Assembly: GCA_045577735.1 (NCBI GenBank)
Contig: JAZNIY010000008.1
Span: 201,088-265,087 of the forward strand
DNA length: 64,000 nt
Source: Candidatus Stercoripulliclostridium sp.
GTDB taxonomy: Bacteria > Bacillota > Clostridia > Christensenellales > DTU072
Reading direction: 5' to 3'
Shown in pieces: positions 1 through 10,332 of this stretch; position 1 is the stretch's first letter; each line of letters begins with the position of its first letter. The notes beneath the pieces were generated by a model. The model was given only the letters and a program-made list of their open reading frames with translations. It had not been told where the DNA came from and made no database searches. The position numbers were made by a program, and so were the translations under genes.

Positions 1-1
1 C

Positions 2-2950
2 AGCACCAAGGGTGCAACCGTAGCTCCCACTTGTACTGCAAAGGGTTACACCATTTATAGCTGTGCTGACTGTAACAACGATTATCATTGGGATTTCGTT
101 GATGCACTTGGCCACACCTATGGTGATCTCGTAGCAAAAGTAGAAGCAACCTGCACCGAAGATGGTATGGAAGCACACTACGTATGCTCCGTATGTGGTG
201 AATTCTTTGACGCAGAAAAGAATGCTGTTGAAGAAAGCGAACTTGTAATCGATGCACTTGGCCACGCCTATGGCACTCTCATAGAAAAAGTAGATGCAAC
301 CTGCAGTGCCGATGGTAAAGAAGCACACTACGTATGTTCCGTATGTGGTGAATTCTTTGACGCAGAAAAGAATGCTGTTGAAGAAAGCGAACTTGTAATC
401 GATGCACTTGGCCACGCCTATGGCACTCTCATAGCAAAAGTAGAAGCAACCTGTACTGCTGATGGTAAAGAAGCACACTACGTATGCTCCGTATGTGGTG
501 AATTCTTTGACGCAGAAAAGAACGCAGTTGAAGAAAGTGAACTCGTAATTGATTGTCCCGGCCACGCATATGGCACGATCATTGCTGAAGTTCCCGCAAC
601 CTGTACTTCAACCGGTAAGCAAGCATATTACAAATGTTCCGTATGTAATGAACTCTTTGATGCAGAAAAGAATGCTGTTGAAGAAGAAGATCTCGTTATT
701 GGACTAAAGGATCATAACCTAGTAGAAATACCTGCAGTAGCACCCGAATGTAAAGAAAATGGTTGGACTGTTGGTGAAAAATGTTCTGAATGTGGCAAGA
801 TAACCATTGCTCCTACCTCCGTTCCCGCAACCGGTTGCGTAGACGTTGACCCCAAAGACAACGTTTGTGACGTATGTGGCGACGTTTATTGCACACACCC
901 CGAAGAAAAATTAACCTCCGTATATACCGATCCTACCTGTGAGGCTGACGGATATACCACCCAAACCTGTGAATGTGGATACGTTAACGTTGTAACCGAT
1001 ACCGACTCTAAACTTGGCCACGCCTATGGTGGTCTAGTAGCAAAAGTAGAAGCAACCTGCACCGAAGATGGTATGGAAGCACACTACGAATGTTCCGTAT
1101 GCCACAAGTTCTTTGATGAAGAAAAGAACGAAGTTGAAGAAAGTAGCCTAGTAATCGGAGCCCCCGGTCACGATTATGATGCAGTAGTAACCGATCCCAC
1201 TTGTGAAGCAGACGGCTATACCACCTATACTTGTGCTTGTGGTGACAGCTACGTTGAAACCGATACCGACTCTAAACTAGGCCACACCTATGGTGATCTA
1301 GTAGCAAAGGTAGATGAGACCTGCACCAACGATGGTAAAGAAGCACACTATGAATGTTCAGTATGCCACAAGTTCTTTGACGCAGAAAAGAACGAAGTAG
1401 CAGAAGATAGCCTAGTAATCGCCGGTGGACACAAATACGTAGGAACCGAATGTTCCGAATGTCATGCAATCAAGGAAAACAAAGCTGTTGCAACCTTTGA
1501 ATTTGGTGCAAATGGTGCTGCAAGCAACAATGACGGCACAAGCAAAACGTCATATTCTGAAACGAATGGTGGATACACTCTAACACTTACTAATATGACC
1601 AACATGTACACTGGTGCTAGAGATGATAAGGGTAACTCTACGATTAAGGGTGGCACTAGTTCTGCTAAAGGATCTTTTGGCTTCACCGTACCAGAGGATG
1701 TAACTTCCGTAATCATTCATATTGCAAAATATGGCTCTGATAGCACAAATGTAATAATTAATGGCACAACGTATACTCTATCAAAGATGGAAAACAATGG
1801 AGAATACGATGCTATTGAAATAAACACGACGTCCACAAAGACCGTAACGGTAGAAGCATCGGCAGCAAGCAAGAAACGTTTCATGGTTAACACTATCGTA
1901 TTCAACAAGCTAGTAGAATGCGCACACGAAGGCAAAACCGCAACCCACCAAGATGCAACTTGCACGGTAGCCGGCTTTAACGGATTCAAGTGTGAAGCTT
2001 GTGGTCACGCTTGGACTACCGAAGTTCTAGAAGCACCCGGCCACAATATGGCTTATACCCCTGCAAAAGAAAATAATTGTAAGGAAGTAGGTAATATTGC
2101 ATACTACTACTGCAGTGGATGTGAAGGCTACTTTGCAGACGATAAGGGACAAAACGCAATAGTAGGCGAAGTAACCATTCCCGCAGATCCTACAAAACAC
2201 GTAGATACCAACGACGATGGTATTTGTGACGTAGAAGGCTGTGGAGCAAACGTTTGTGATCACCCCGAAGAAAAGGTAACCAAAGTAGTAACCGCTCCCA
2301 CCTGCACCGCAAAGGGCTTCACCACCTATACCTGTGAATGTGGTTATGAATGGGAAGCTGACGAGGTTGAGGAAAAGGGACACAGCGAAACCGAATTTAC
2401 CTATCAAGTAGATGCACAAGACACCACCAAGCACAATAAGTTGTGTGGAGATTGTGGAGTAAACTTAGCAACCGAAGACCACACTTATACCGATGGTGTA
2501 TGTGAATATTGTGAGCACGAAGAACCTGTTGCTCCTGCAACTGTGACGGTAAATATGTCAACATTCAGTGCAATCAGTGGAAATGTTGGTGGAGATAGCA
2601 ACGTAACCTATGCTTGTGCAAAAGGTGGTGGAACCACTAACCCCGCTGTAAATTCAGGAGTAATTCGTTTGTATCAAAATTCAGCTGGAACGGGCGGTGG
2701 ATACGTTACAATTAGTGCGGTAACTGGATACAAACTCCAAAGCGTTACTATTGGATCTAGTATGAAAACGACGGTATCATATACTTTAGATGAAGAAACC
2801 CAAAAGTCTACAAGTGAATCACTCGCAGCTAATGGTAAATATACGGTTTCTGATCTTTCCAATGATTCAATAACTTTCTATTGTATGGGAACAACTTCTT
2901 CTACTAGACTTTACTTGAACTATATAGAAGTAACTTACGTCAAAGCATAA
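2..2950 (+). CDS. Large Cys/His-rich repeat protein, probably surface or secreted (5' end lies outside the window)
   Basis: The frame is open from base 2 to TAA at 2950. It has repeated H-x-Y...ATCTxDGxxAHYxCSxC units, two Ser/Thr/Gly-rich non-repeat domains and DxDxD-like loops (DVDPKDNVCD, DTNDDGICD). Confidence 0.8.
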   Translation, partial: STKGATVAPTCTAKGYTIYSCADCNNDYHWDFVDALGHTYGDLVAKVEATCTEDGMEAHYVCSVCGEFFDAEKNAVEESELVIDALGHAYGTLIEKVDATCSADGKEAHYVCSVCGEFFDAEKNAVEESELVIDALGHAYGTLIAKVEATCTADGKEAHYVCSVCGEFFDAEKNAVEESELVIDCPGHAYGTIIAEVPATCTSTGKQAYYKCSVCNELFDAEKNAVEEEDLVIGLKDHNLVEIPAVAPECKENGWTVGEKCSECGKITIAPTSVPATGCVDVDPKDNVCDVCGDVYCTHPEEKLTSVYTDPTCEADGYTTQTCECGYVNVVTDTDSKLGHAYGGLVAKVEATCTEDGMEAHYECSVCHKFFDEEKNEVEESSLVIGAPGHDYDAVVTDPTCEADGYTTYTCACGDSYVETDTDSKLGHTYGDLVAKVDETCTNDGKEAHYECSVCHKFFDAEKNEVAEDSLVIAGGHKYVGTECSECHAIKENKAVATFEFGANGAASNNDGTSKTSYSETNGGYTLTLTNMTNMYTGARDDKGNSTIKGGTSSAKGSFGFTVPEDVTSVIIHIAKYGSDSTNVIINGTTYTLSKMENNGEYDAIEINTTSTKTVTVEASAASKKRFMVNTIVFNKLVECAHEGKTATHQDATCTVAGFNGFKCEACGHAWTTEVLEAPGHNMAYTPAKENNCKEVGNIAYYYCSGCEGYFADDKGQNAIVGEVTIPADPTKHVDTNDDGICDVEGCGANVCDHPEEKVTKVVTAPTCTAKGFTTYTCECGYEWEADEVEEKGHSETEFTYQVDAQDTTKHNKLCGDCGVNLATEDHTYTDGVCEYCEHEEPVAPATVTVNMSTFSAISGNVGGDSNVTYACAKGGGTTNPAVNSGVIRLYQNSAGTGGGYVTISAVTGYKLQSVTIGSSMKTTVSYTLDEETQKSTSESLAANGKYTVSDLSNDSITFYCMGTTSSTRLYLNYIEVTYVKA
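101..700 (+). repeat. Four tandem 150-bp (50-aa) coding repeats
   Basis: GATGCACTTGGCCAC recurs at 101, 251 and 401, with a diverged unit at 551. A second repeat set with a 264-bp period starts at 926 and 1190. Confidence 0.9.
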
Positions 2951-2960
2951 GATAAACCAT

Positions 2961-2996
2961 AAAACAAAAGGCACTCGAAAGGGTGCCTTTTGTTTT
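2961..2996 (+). terminator. Rho-independent terminator
   Basis: AAAACAAAAGGCACTC-GAAA-GGGTGCCTTTTGTTTT directly after the stop codon. Confidence 0.85.
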
Positions 2997-3063
2997 ACTT
3001 TGTTATTGCTTTTTTGTCGTTTTGTGGTATCATATTAGTGAACACTTTTGTTAGAGGTCTGTT

Positions 3064-4158
3064 ATGAAAAAAAGATTAGTCCTTAACCTTTTCGTTATCA
3101 TATTGGTGCTTTGTACCATATTTGCATTTACTGCTTGTAATAAAGAGGATGAAGTTAATCATCCCGACCATTCGTCGGCACTCACACCAAAAGTAGTGTT
3201 GTTCATAGGGGACGGCATGGGTGTTAACCATACCTACAATACCGAACTGTATACCGGTAAACAAGCATATTTTTCTTCCTTTGCAATCACCACGATGATG
3301 GAAACAAACTCCCTTTCCGGCACCACCGATAGCGCGGCGGCGGCAACTGCTATGGCAACGGGACACAAGGTGGAAAACAGCATACTTGCTTTGGGTGTAA
3401 ACAATTCCCCAATAGCCTCCATTACCGAGCTTGCTAAGAACGATTTGTATGGTACGGGCGTAGTTACCTCTGACGAAATTACGGGAGCCACCCCTTCGGG
3501 TTTTTCTGCTCACGCAAAGTCAAGAAACAATAGTGCGGAAATACTCCTAAGCCAAGAAAATGCTACTTTGGACCTTTTACTAGGAGAGGGCAGTTACTCT
3601 TCCGTATACAAAGAACGTTTTGAGCAAAGGGGCTGGACTTGGGCAGAAAGTATGAACGAACTCAACACCGAGAAAAAGAGATTCGTTGCAACCTTTGATG
3701 AGGTTGTACCCGAAAACGGTACTAGCGAAAAGCCCACGCTTACCGAGCTTGCAAGCTATGCTATCGATTACATGGAAACCAACTATCCCACCGGCTATTT
3801 CCTAATGATAGAGGGCGCAAAAATAGACAAGGCTTCCCACAGCAACGACGTTGAAACAATGATTAAAAACCACGTTGATTTTGACAACGCTATCAAGACG
3901 GTGGACCAAAAGCTTGCTTCCATAGGTGGTGGATACTCCATTATAGTCACGGCTGACCACGAAACGGGTGGACTACAAAGGGCAGAAAGCAAAGACCAAA
4001 TAACCAACGATCTTTACACCACTACCGACCATACTCCCGTAAACGTAAAGTTATACTTTAAAAGTACGCTAACCACGGTTCCCGCCATTTTGGATAGTGA
4101 GGTTATTCCCAACACCGACGTGTTTAGGCTCTGCAAACAACTTCTTGCAATAGCTTAA
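3064..4158 (+). CDS. Alkaline phosphatase family lipoprotein
   Basis: Lipobox FTAC; motifs FIGDGMG, TDSAAAATA, HxxxR, EGAKIDKASH, TADHETGG. Confidence 0.9.
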   Translation: MKKRLVLNLFVIILVLCTIFAFTACNKEDEVNHPDHSSALTPKVVLFIGDGMGVNHTYNTELYTGKQAYFSSFAITTMMETNSLSGTTDSAAAATAMATGHKVENSILALGVNNSPIASITELAKNDLYGTGVVTSDEITGATPSGFSAHAKSRNNSAEILLSQENATLDLLLGEGSYSSVYKERFEQRGWTWAESMNELNTEKKRFVATFDEVVPENGTSEKPTLTELASYAIDYMETNYPTGYFLMIEGAKIDKASHSNDVETMIKNHVDFDNAIKTVDQKLASIGGGYSIIVTADHETGGLQRAESKDQITNDLYTTTDHTPVNVKLYFKSTLTTVPAILDSEVIPNTDVFRLCKQLLAIA

Positions 4159-4277
4159 TAAGGCACAACGAAAAAGACGTTAAACTGCAGAAAATTCTGC
4201 AGTTTTTTTGTTGCCCAATAGGGGGTCAAATTTCGTATTACCATAACTTTACGCTATGCGCATACGCGCGCTATTCG

Positions 4278-4385
4278 GTAGACTTCAAGGTCGATACCGA
4301 ATACAATCGTGGCACCGACAAGAGCGCAACTTACTACGAAGAACTCAAGAACTACACCCCCGAAGAATACGGCTCATACCGTTAA
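4278..4385 (+). pseudogene. Headless 3' gene remnant
   Basis: Reads VDFKVDTEYNRGTDKSATYYEELKNYTPEEYGSYR* with host-like codons. No ATG or RBS upstream; a hairpin follows at 4408-4436. Confidence 0.4.
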
Positions 4386-4460
4386 AACTTTTAGGAACAA
4401 TACAAACAAGAAGCCACTCGTTAGAGTGGCTTCTTTATGCTAATAATCCTTAAGCTAGTG

Positions 4461-5069
4461 CTATTTTAATGGTAAAATCTCAAAGTGGTTGGTGGAGAGG
4501 AGTTTCTTTAGAAGATCCCACATCTCTATTATGGTTATGGTTGCGTAAACGAGAATTGCAACGAAAAGAAGGTTTACGATTGTAAAAAGCACCAAGTTGA
4601 ATTTGTCCGGCAAACGCTTGAATATTAGGTGATATAGCGCAAAACCAATGAAATAACCCAAAGTATTCATTATTAAATCGGCAGTAGCAAATCCACCAAT
4701 AAGCGTGCAAAATTGTACGATTTCAAAGGTTAACGATATGCCAAACACTATGAGAAGATGCTTCCAAACCTTTGGTCTTCTGTCTACAAAGTTAAAAAGT
4801 ATACCAAAGGGAGCCATAACGAAGCCGTTAAGGAAGATTTCAACGACTGCCATTTTGGGATTAAGATGGGAAGCTCTTATCTCAAATGGAATTATATCAA
4901 GTAAAAACCTTTCTTTGGTTGAATACTGGTGTAATTGGAAGTGATTAAACTCAATAGTAGAAGCTTTGCCGAATTTAAAATATAATCCCCAAACCAAAAA
5001 TAACCAAAAAAGTATGGTGGTGATTAATACCGTAACTCTTAACGCCGTTGAATGTCGTACTCTTTTCAT
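4461..5069 (-). CDS. VanZ-family membrane protein
   Basis: NxxxMAPFG, SLTFEIVQF and DLIMNTLG motifs; several transmembrane segments. Confidence 0.8.
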   Translation of the reverse strand: MKRVRHSTALRVTVLITTILFWLFLVWGLYFKFGKASTIEFNHFQLHQYSTKERFLLDIIPFEIRASHLNPKMAVVEIFLNGFVMAPFGILFNFVDRRPKVWKHLLIVFGISLTFEIVQFCTLIGGFATADLIMNTLGYFIGFALYHLIFKRLPDKFNLVLFTIVNLLFVAILVYATITIIEMWDLLKKLLSTNHFEILPLK

Positions 5070-5236
5070 ATCGCAACAAAGAAAATCCTTCTATCCTCTA
5101 CAATAAGTATAACATAGACGCAATAATATTTGAACGACTTTACGCAACTTTATAGAAATAAAAATACTATTTTTTGAAGCAAAAAGGCACTCGGGAGAGC
5201 GCCTTTGGTTTTGAGATCGGGCAGTAGCGTAGGGCG

Positions 5237-6469
5237 TTAAAATCTTACCTTTCTATCGGTGAAGAATTCTACGAATTTGAAACAGAATTCATCAAAGGCT
5301 TTGCGTATGGTTCCCTTGAATGCAAGCCTAAGCGCAAGTTTGTAGCCAAAGGGATCCACCTCTTTTTTGGAGTTTGCAAACTCTTTGTCTATAAAGTCAT
5401 GGTAACGTACCGATTCCGTTTGATAGGTTGTGGTGTCGCTCTCGTCTACCATTATTACCCTGTAACCAAAACGCGTAGAACCAAAGGGCCAATTATACCT
5501 TGCACTTAACGTATTTACTATGTCTATGCCTTTGTGCTTTACGCTAAAAGAATTACTATGGTCGTGACCAATGAACATGGCAAGCACGTCACCTTGTTCT
5601 ACAAGAGCATCAAATTGTCCGTAGTTATAGTAGCCGGGGCAGGGCTTTTCACAGAGCACTCCCGAATTGGTATTTTCTTCGTTGAGGTGATAGTATTCAC
5701 CCTTGTTGTATATGTGCCTAAAAGAGTAGGCAACGGCATCGTCTTTCTTAACTAACGCATCGTAGATTTCGGGAACGATGATATGTTGAAAAACGAGAGA
5801 GTTTACCTTTTCCCCACCGTTTTCTGCCTTTAATTGCTCGCTTGTTTCTTTGTACCAATCAATTTGGTCCTTTTGTACTTGGGCATATCTTTCCTCCTCG
5901 TCATAGTCGCCTGAGTCGAAAACCCAAAGGTTAAAGGCTACCTTGTCGCCGGATTTTGAAAGAATGGGGAGATTGTAAGTGCCCGTTCCGCTTAGTTCCT
6001 TAACGTCGTTAGAAAGGGAGCAAGAATAGGCGTTGTAGCTGTCTAAAAGCTCATCTCTCGTCATAGCACCTCGCTCGGAATCGTGGTTGCCAAAAGTAAC
6101 GGCCACGGGAATATTGCGACTTTCAAATACCGTCATCAACTCGCCAATCAACTTCTTGGTTTCGTTTGCATCATCGTAGTTATAGAGGTTATCTCCCGTT
6201 AGCACCACCAAATCGGGCTTTTCCCTATCACACGCAACACCTATGAGCCAAAGCGTTTCTTCCACCCTCATTCCATATTTCAAGTGAGTGTCTGCAACGT
6301 GCAATATCTTAAATTTACCATTATCGTCAAATCTAAGAACGTTGTCCACACTGCTTTCCTCGATTGCGTTAGATGTCACGCTATCTTGTGTCTTTACAAA
6401 AGAAAACGTTGCAAATGCCATAACAAATACAAATACTAATGAAGTAAAACCTATAAGTAATCTTTTCAT
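5237..6469 (-). CDS. Calcineurin-like metallophosphoesterase (Dcr2-like), secreted or anchored
   Basis: DTH, TGD, GNHD, FQHI and GHDH motifs; N-terminal hydrophobic signal. Confidence 0.85.
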   Translation of the reverse strand: MKRLLIGFTSLVFVFVMAFATFSFVKTQDSVTSNAIEESSVDNVLRFDDNGKFKILHVADTHLKYGMRVEETLWLIGVACDREKPDLVVLTGDNLYNYDDANETKKLIGELMTVFESRNIPVAVTFGNHDSERGAMTRDELLDSYNAYSCSLSNDVKELSGTGTYNLPILSKSGDKVAFNLWVFDSGDYDEEERYAQVQKDQIDWYKETSEQLKAENGGEKVNSLVFQHIIVPEIYDALVKKDDAVAYSFRHIYNKGEYYHLNEENTNSGVLCEKPCPGYYNYGQFDALVEQGDVLAMFIGHDHSNSFSVKHKGIDIVNTLSARYNWPFGSTRFGYRVIMVDESDTTTYQTESVRYHDFIDKEFANSKKEVDPFGYKLALRLAFKGTIRKAFDEFCFKFVEFFTDRKVRF

Positions 6470-6528
6470 AGTACCCGCTCCTTTCTAATTTCCATTAAAT
6501 AATAACATTATTTTTTTAGTAGCGCAAG

Positions 6529-6648
6529 AGGGCAACTTGCCGGTGTCTTGTTTGTTAATGCCCCACGATTGCTAAAGAAATAGGAGCCTACGCTGTTTCT
6601 CGGCAAAGAAAAAGAACATCGTGCTTGGTGTTCTTTTCTTTGGCGGAG
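6529..6648. repeat. Partial (right-hand) copy of the tRNA-Ser-associated structured element
   Basis: 6586-6647 is near-identical to 23453-23514 (GCCTACGCTGTTTCTCGGCAAAGAAAAAGAACAYCGTGCTTGGTGTTCTTTTCTTTGGCGGA). The upstream part resembles 27114-27150. Confidence 0.9.
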
Positions 6649-6658
6649 TGTGTGAAAC

Positions 6659-7309
6659 CTAAACCGAACATTTTTCAACGATTATAGGCTTTGACTTTTC
6701 ACCCTCAAACAAAATTTTGATATTATATGTATGTAAATCCTCATATTTATCTTTACAAACCATTGTCATTGTTATATATTCATCATCATTTTTAACAACT
6801 GGATTTTTCAAGTCAATTCGCCTTGTTTCTTCCACTAAACAACTATAAACTATCGTTTTTTCTGCTTTCCATAATATAGACCCAGTGGAATTTTTTAATT
6901 CTATATTATCTATTTGTATATCCGTTGCAATATTATTGGAAACATTTTTTATCGTAAATCCGTAGTTTGAGTGCCCACCATTAGCCCCACAAAAATCCAC
7001 TATAAATTTGGGCATATTTTCTTGTTTTTCTTTTTGTTCTAGATAATAAGCTTTTTTATCAGCTTCTTGCTTTATTATGTGATTTTGATATAATGCTAAC
7101 GCACCCAAAACAACCGTACCTATAAAAGAAAGAATTGCTCCGTAATAGCTTAAGGCTTCACCAGCAGACCATTCAGCTTGGAAAATCTCTGCATCTGAAT
7201 TTATTTTAAATAACAGATTAATGAGAAAAGGAATCCCAAATAAAATTATTGTTATCAATAAACATATAAACACAAATATAACTTTATGTTTTTTTATCCA
7301 TTTGCGCAT
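6659..7309 (-). CDS. Hypothetical membrane protein (two TM helices plus a beta-rich C-terminus)
   Basis: 216-aa ORF with RBS (AGAGG) and two hydrophobic helices. Confidence 0.7.
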   Translation of the reverse strand: MRKWIKKHKVIFVFICLLITIILFGIPFLINLLFKINSDAEIFQAEWSAGEALSYYGAILSFIGTVVLGALALYQNHIIKQEADKKAYYLEQKEKQENMPKFIVDFCGANGGHSNYGFTIKNVSNNIATDIQIDNIELKNSTGSILWKAEKTIVYSCLVEETRRIDLKNPVVKNDDEYITMTMVCKDKYEDLHTYNIKILFEGEKSKPIIVEKCSV

Positions 7310-7327
7310 AATATTGATTAACCTCTT

Positions 7328-7840
7328 TTATTCTACAATTGTGCGCAGTTTTTGTACCACACAACGAACTTTATTTGTTTTTAAGATGTTTGCTAAAACG
7401 CTTTTTAATTCTTCAAAATCAGCAATTGTCATTTCTTTATTACCGCCATTAATTTCTTTTGCAATATCATAATCCAGCTCAATTTTTATAGGATAATATG
7501 CAAAAACTGAAATATAAAAAATATTAAATTTATATTTATCGTTATACAAAGTCAAAGCGTAATACTTATCTTTTAGCAAGTCATTTATATCCGTTTTTTC
7601 TTCAGTTTCAACGTCTTGAGATTCGTAATGCCCTTGCGTTAATGCCGTAGAAGATACCACTCCGCGAACTAATATAGCCATAGCTGATTGATAATACTGC
7701 ATTTCTATCACTTTTGCTTTGGCTGTTGTGTTTTTTTCATTAAAATAAAGGCATTGTTCTTTTAAAAGTTCAATTATTGAAGAAGTTTCTTCTCCTGCAA
7801 CAGTATCATTATTCCAAAGATTTTCATATTTTTTATTCAT
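7328..7840 (-). CDS. Hypothetical protein, coupled to the EEP nuclease
   Basis: 170 aa; its start overlaps the end of the upstream gene by 8 nt. Confidence 0.7.
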   Translation of the reverse strand: MNKKYENLWNNDTVAGEETSSIIELLKEQCLYFNEKNTTAKAKVIEMQYYQSAMAILVRGVVSSTALTQGHYESQDVETEEKTDINDLLKDKYYALTLYNDKYKFNIFYISVFAYYPIKIELDYDIAKEINGGNKEMTIADFEELKSVLANILKTNKVRCVVQKLRTIVE

Positions 7841-8624
7841 ATCTTTCTTCCTCCGTTAAGTATACAATAATTGGTAAATGGTCACTAATATTAGTGTCTG
7901 GCTTATTGTTTTTTATTAAATTTATGTCGTTAATGGTCTTAACTATTTCCACGCCTTGATAATTAGGTAGCATTTCCTTTCTCAACAAACATTGATCAAA
8001 AAAATGCCAATATATATTTTGAGGATCTGAGTAATAATAACTTCCATAAATTTTAAAATCCTCAGATATTAAACTTAACATAGGATTATAAAATTTCTTA
8101 TATATTTTCTTGTCGTGTTCAATGAAATCTTTTTTAATTAAATCCTTGAACGATACGGCGTGTAAATATGCATAACTAGTCATTTGATTATCATAAGGAT
8201 TTAAATTGAAATCACCAATAACAATTGTCTTGTTGTTATGATTTTCCCCCTCTGCTGAAGCTATTGCATTTTTCATTTCGGTTATTGTTATTGCTCTAGA
8301 ATCATTTTGTTGAGGTATTTGAGATTCAAGATGAACGCCAATCAAATTAAAGCAAAAATTATTTTTATTGCAATTAAATAATATGTAGCGCTTGGATGAC
8401 TGTATTTGAGAAATCACAATATTCTTTTTAGCTAAGCATAAAACTAAACAATCATCCAAGCCAAAAATAAAATTATACTTATTTTTCAGTTGTTCAATAT
8501 CTTTTACATTTAAATTATCTGCCTCTGCAAGCATTATTAGATCTATATCTTTTGCTTGCGAAAGCTTGATTATTAATGAAGTTAAATCATTTTTTTTAAG
8601 ATTCCAAAAAAGAATTTTTATCAT
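7833..8624 (-). CDS. Endonuclease/exonuclease/phosphatase (EEP) family protein
   Basis: FWN, LAE, GVHL, IGDFN, FDQ and SDHLPI catalytic motifs. Confidence 0.85.
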   Translation of the reverse strand: MIKILFWNLKKNDLTSLIIKLSQAKDIDLIMLAEADNLNVKDIEQLKNKYNFIFGLDDCLVLCLAKKNIVISQIQSSKRYILFNCNKNNFCFNLIGVHLESQIPQQNDSRAITITEMKNAIASAEGENHNNKTIVIGDFNLNPYDNQMTSYAYLHAVSFKDLIKKDFIEHDKKIYKKFYNPMLSLISEDFKIYGSYYYSDPQNIYWHFFDQCLLRKEMLPNYQGVEIVKTINDINLIKNNKPDTNISDHLPIIVYLTEEERYE

Positions 8625-8711
8625 ATACTCAATACGAAGACTAAAATACCCATTAGTCTAAAACGTCCTCATTATATTTTATAACTGATGTTGCTATATG
8701 TTTTGCGCGGA

Positions 8712-9452
8712 TTAGTTTTTCTTAAACACAAACAAATACTCGTGGGCAAGCAGTAAAAAGTTGTGTTTTATACTGTTCGTTTTCCAAAATCCTGTTGCTT
8801 TGCAGTTGTGTTGTTCTTTTATAATAATTTCTTTTGTCTTAAAGCCTGCAAGTTCAAAAATTCGCATTGTTTCAAATGCAAGTGGTTGCACCATTCCGTT
8901 TTTACGAGTGTCGCCCATTAAAACAGCGCAAAATTTACCTTCCTTTAGGACTCTAAAACTTTCTTCTGCAACTTTGCCTATTTCCATTAAAAATGATTTA
9001 ATAGGCAAGTGAGATAAATCGCCGTCAATATCTTCGCTGTATTGAATAATATCGGCATAAGGTGGGTGCGTACAAATTAGGTCAATGCTTTCATCGGGCA
9101 ACTCCAATTTTCGAGCGTCGCCAAGATGAATAGAAATATCTACGTTAGAATCAAACTCAAAATTACATTTGTTGCGAGATAATTCAACCGCATTAGGGTT
9201 TATATCAACACCGATAAAATTTCTACCCGTTAGTTTAGATTCAACGGCAGTCGTGCCACCGCCTACAAACTGATCTAAAACAGTATCGCCCTCGTTTGAA
9301 TAACGCAAAATAATGTTTCGAGGAATATAAGGCGACCAATTACCACGATATTTAGCGTCGTGAGTTGCCCATTTACCACGATTAGGGAACGCCCAAACAG
9401 TATTTGTTTCAAGCTCGAAATTTTCGGGTTGTAAAGGGATTTTCTTTGCCAT
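8712..9452 (-). CDS. DNA methyltransferase, DpnA-like position in the cassette
   Basis: DQFVGGGTT SAM motif and THPPY catalytic motif; last gene of a DpnII-type cassette. Start moved to MAKK. Confidence 0.8.
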   Translation of the reverse strand: MAKKIPLQPENFELETNTVWAFPNRGKWATHDAKYRGNWSPYIPRNIILRYSNEGDTVLDQFVGGGTTAVESKLTGRNFIGVDINPNAVELSRNKCNFEFDSNVDISIHLGDARKLELPDESIDLICTHPPYADIIQYSEDIDGDLSHLPIKSFLMEIGKVAEESFRVLKEGKFCAVLMGDTRKNGMVQPLAFETMRIFELAGFKTKEIIIKEQHNCKATGFWKTNSIKHNFLLLAHEYLFVFKKN

Positions 9453-9453
9453 A

Positions 9454-10317
9454 TTATTCAGCGAAAAGCGTATCAACAACGCCGTTTTCCATATCGGAAA
9501 TGCAATAGATATTATCCATTACGTCAAACGTTTCTTCTAAATTGTGGCGTGCTGATTGCCAACCTTGTCCGTCGGTAAACCACACAAACGCAAAACCGTG
9601 AATTTCTTTTGCCTCTAACGCAATAGTTTTATAACTTCTTGCTGTTTCATTAAGCTTAGAGCCACCACTTGAATAAAAATTAGTTTCAATGCCATAAATG
9701 GTAACACCTTTTTTAACAACGAAATCAAAACGCTTTTCTGCCTTACCTTGATTTGAAATGTTTGAAAGGTCAATAGACCACTTTTTCTCAATGTCAGATA
9801 TGTACATTTCTTTGAAGTAGTCAACGCCTTTAACAAGACCTACTTTTTGCAAATAATCTTCAACGAGGTTTTCCATTAAATGACCGCCACGGTTTTTACG
9901 ACCATTGCTATCAAGACCAACCTCAACACCTGTAACGTAATCGACAAGATTATTTATAACGTGTTCAGAAATCAAAGAGAAAAGCCCTGTTTTTTTCATA
10001 AACATTTTATATTCTTCAACGGAATAGTTCATTTTCTTAAAGTTGAAAAGATATTCGCCGTCGCCGTCAATAGTATAAATTTCACGACCTCTAACAGCTA
10101 GTAATACGGGAATACATTTTAATACTTGCGGATAATCCGTAAGCAATTTTTCAAAATCTGCCTCTATATTTTTAGAGCCGATTAGCGAATTAAGAATATT
10201 AAGTTCAACCTTAATCGTTTCTACGTTTCCGTAAACTTTGTTAAAGTCAACGTAATAACCGTAATCGCAAATGCTATTTCTAAACGTTTTTAACCATTCC
10301 TTAAAATCTCTTTTCAT
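9454..10317 (-). CDS. dpnB: Type II restriction endonuclease, DpnII/MboI family (GATC)
   Basis: GVEVGLDSNGRKNRGG, KRFDFV, IETNFYSSGGSKLNETARSY and WFTDGxGW signatures. Confidence 0.92.
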   Translation of the reverse strand: MKRDFKEWLKTFRNSICDYGYYVDFNKVYGNVETIKVELNILNSLIGSKNIEADFEKLLTDYPQVLKCIPVLLAVRGREIYTIDGDGEYLFNFKKMNYSVEEYKMFMKKTGLFSLISEHVINNLVDYVTGVEVGLDSNGRKNRGGHLMENLVEDYLQKVGLVKGVDYFKEMYISDIEKKWSIDLSNISNQGKAEKRFDFVVKKGVTIYGIETNFYSSGGSKLNETARSYKTIALEAKEIHGFAFVWFTDGQGWQSARHNLEETFDVMDNIYCISDMENGVVDTLFAE

Positions 10318-10332
10318 AAGTTTGTTTTCTCC

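Noticed and set aside
1085..1470. CxxCH motifs (CSVCH twice, CSECH) suggesting a multiheme cytochrome
   Set aside because: Equivalent positions in the other repeats read CxxCG or CxxCN, so the His is not conserved.
4256..4453. 65-aa ORF from the track, and the 66-aa ORF at 54320
   Set aside because: The first is an off-frame reading of a gene remnant running through a terminator; the second is translated repeat DNA.
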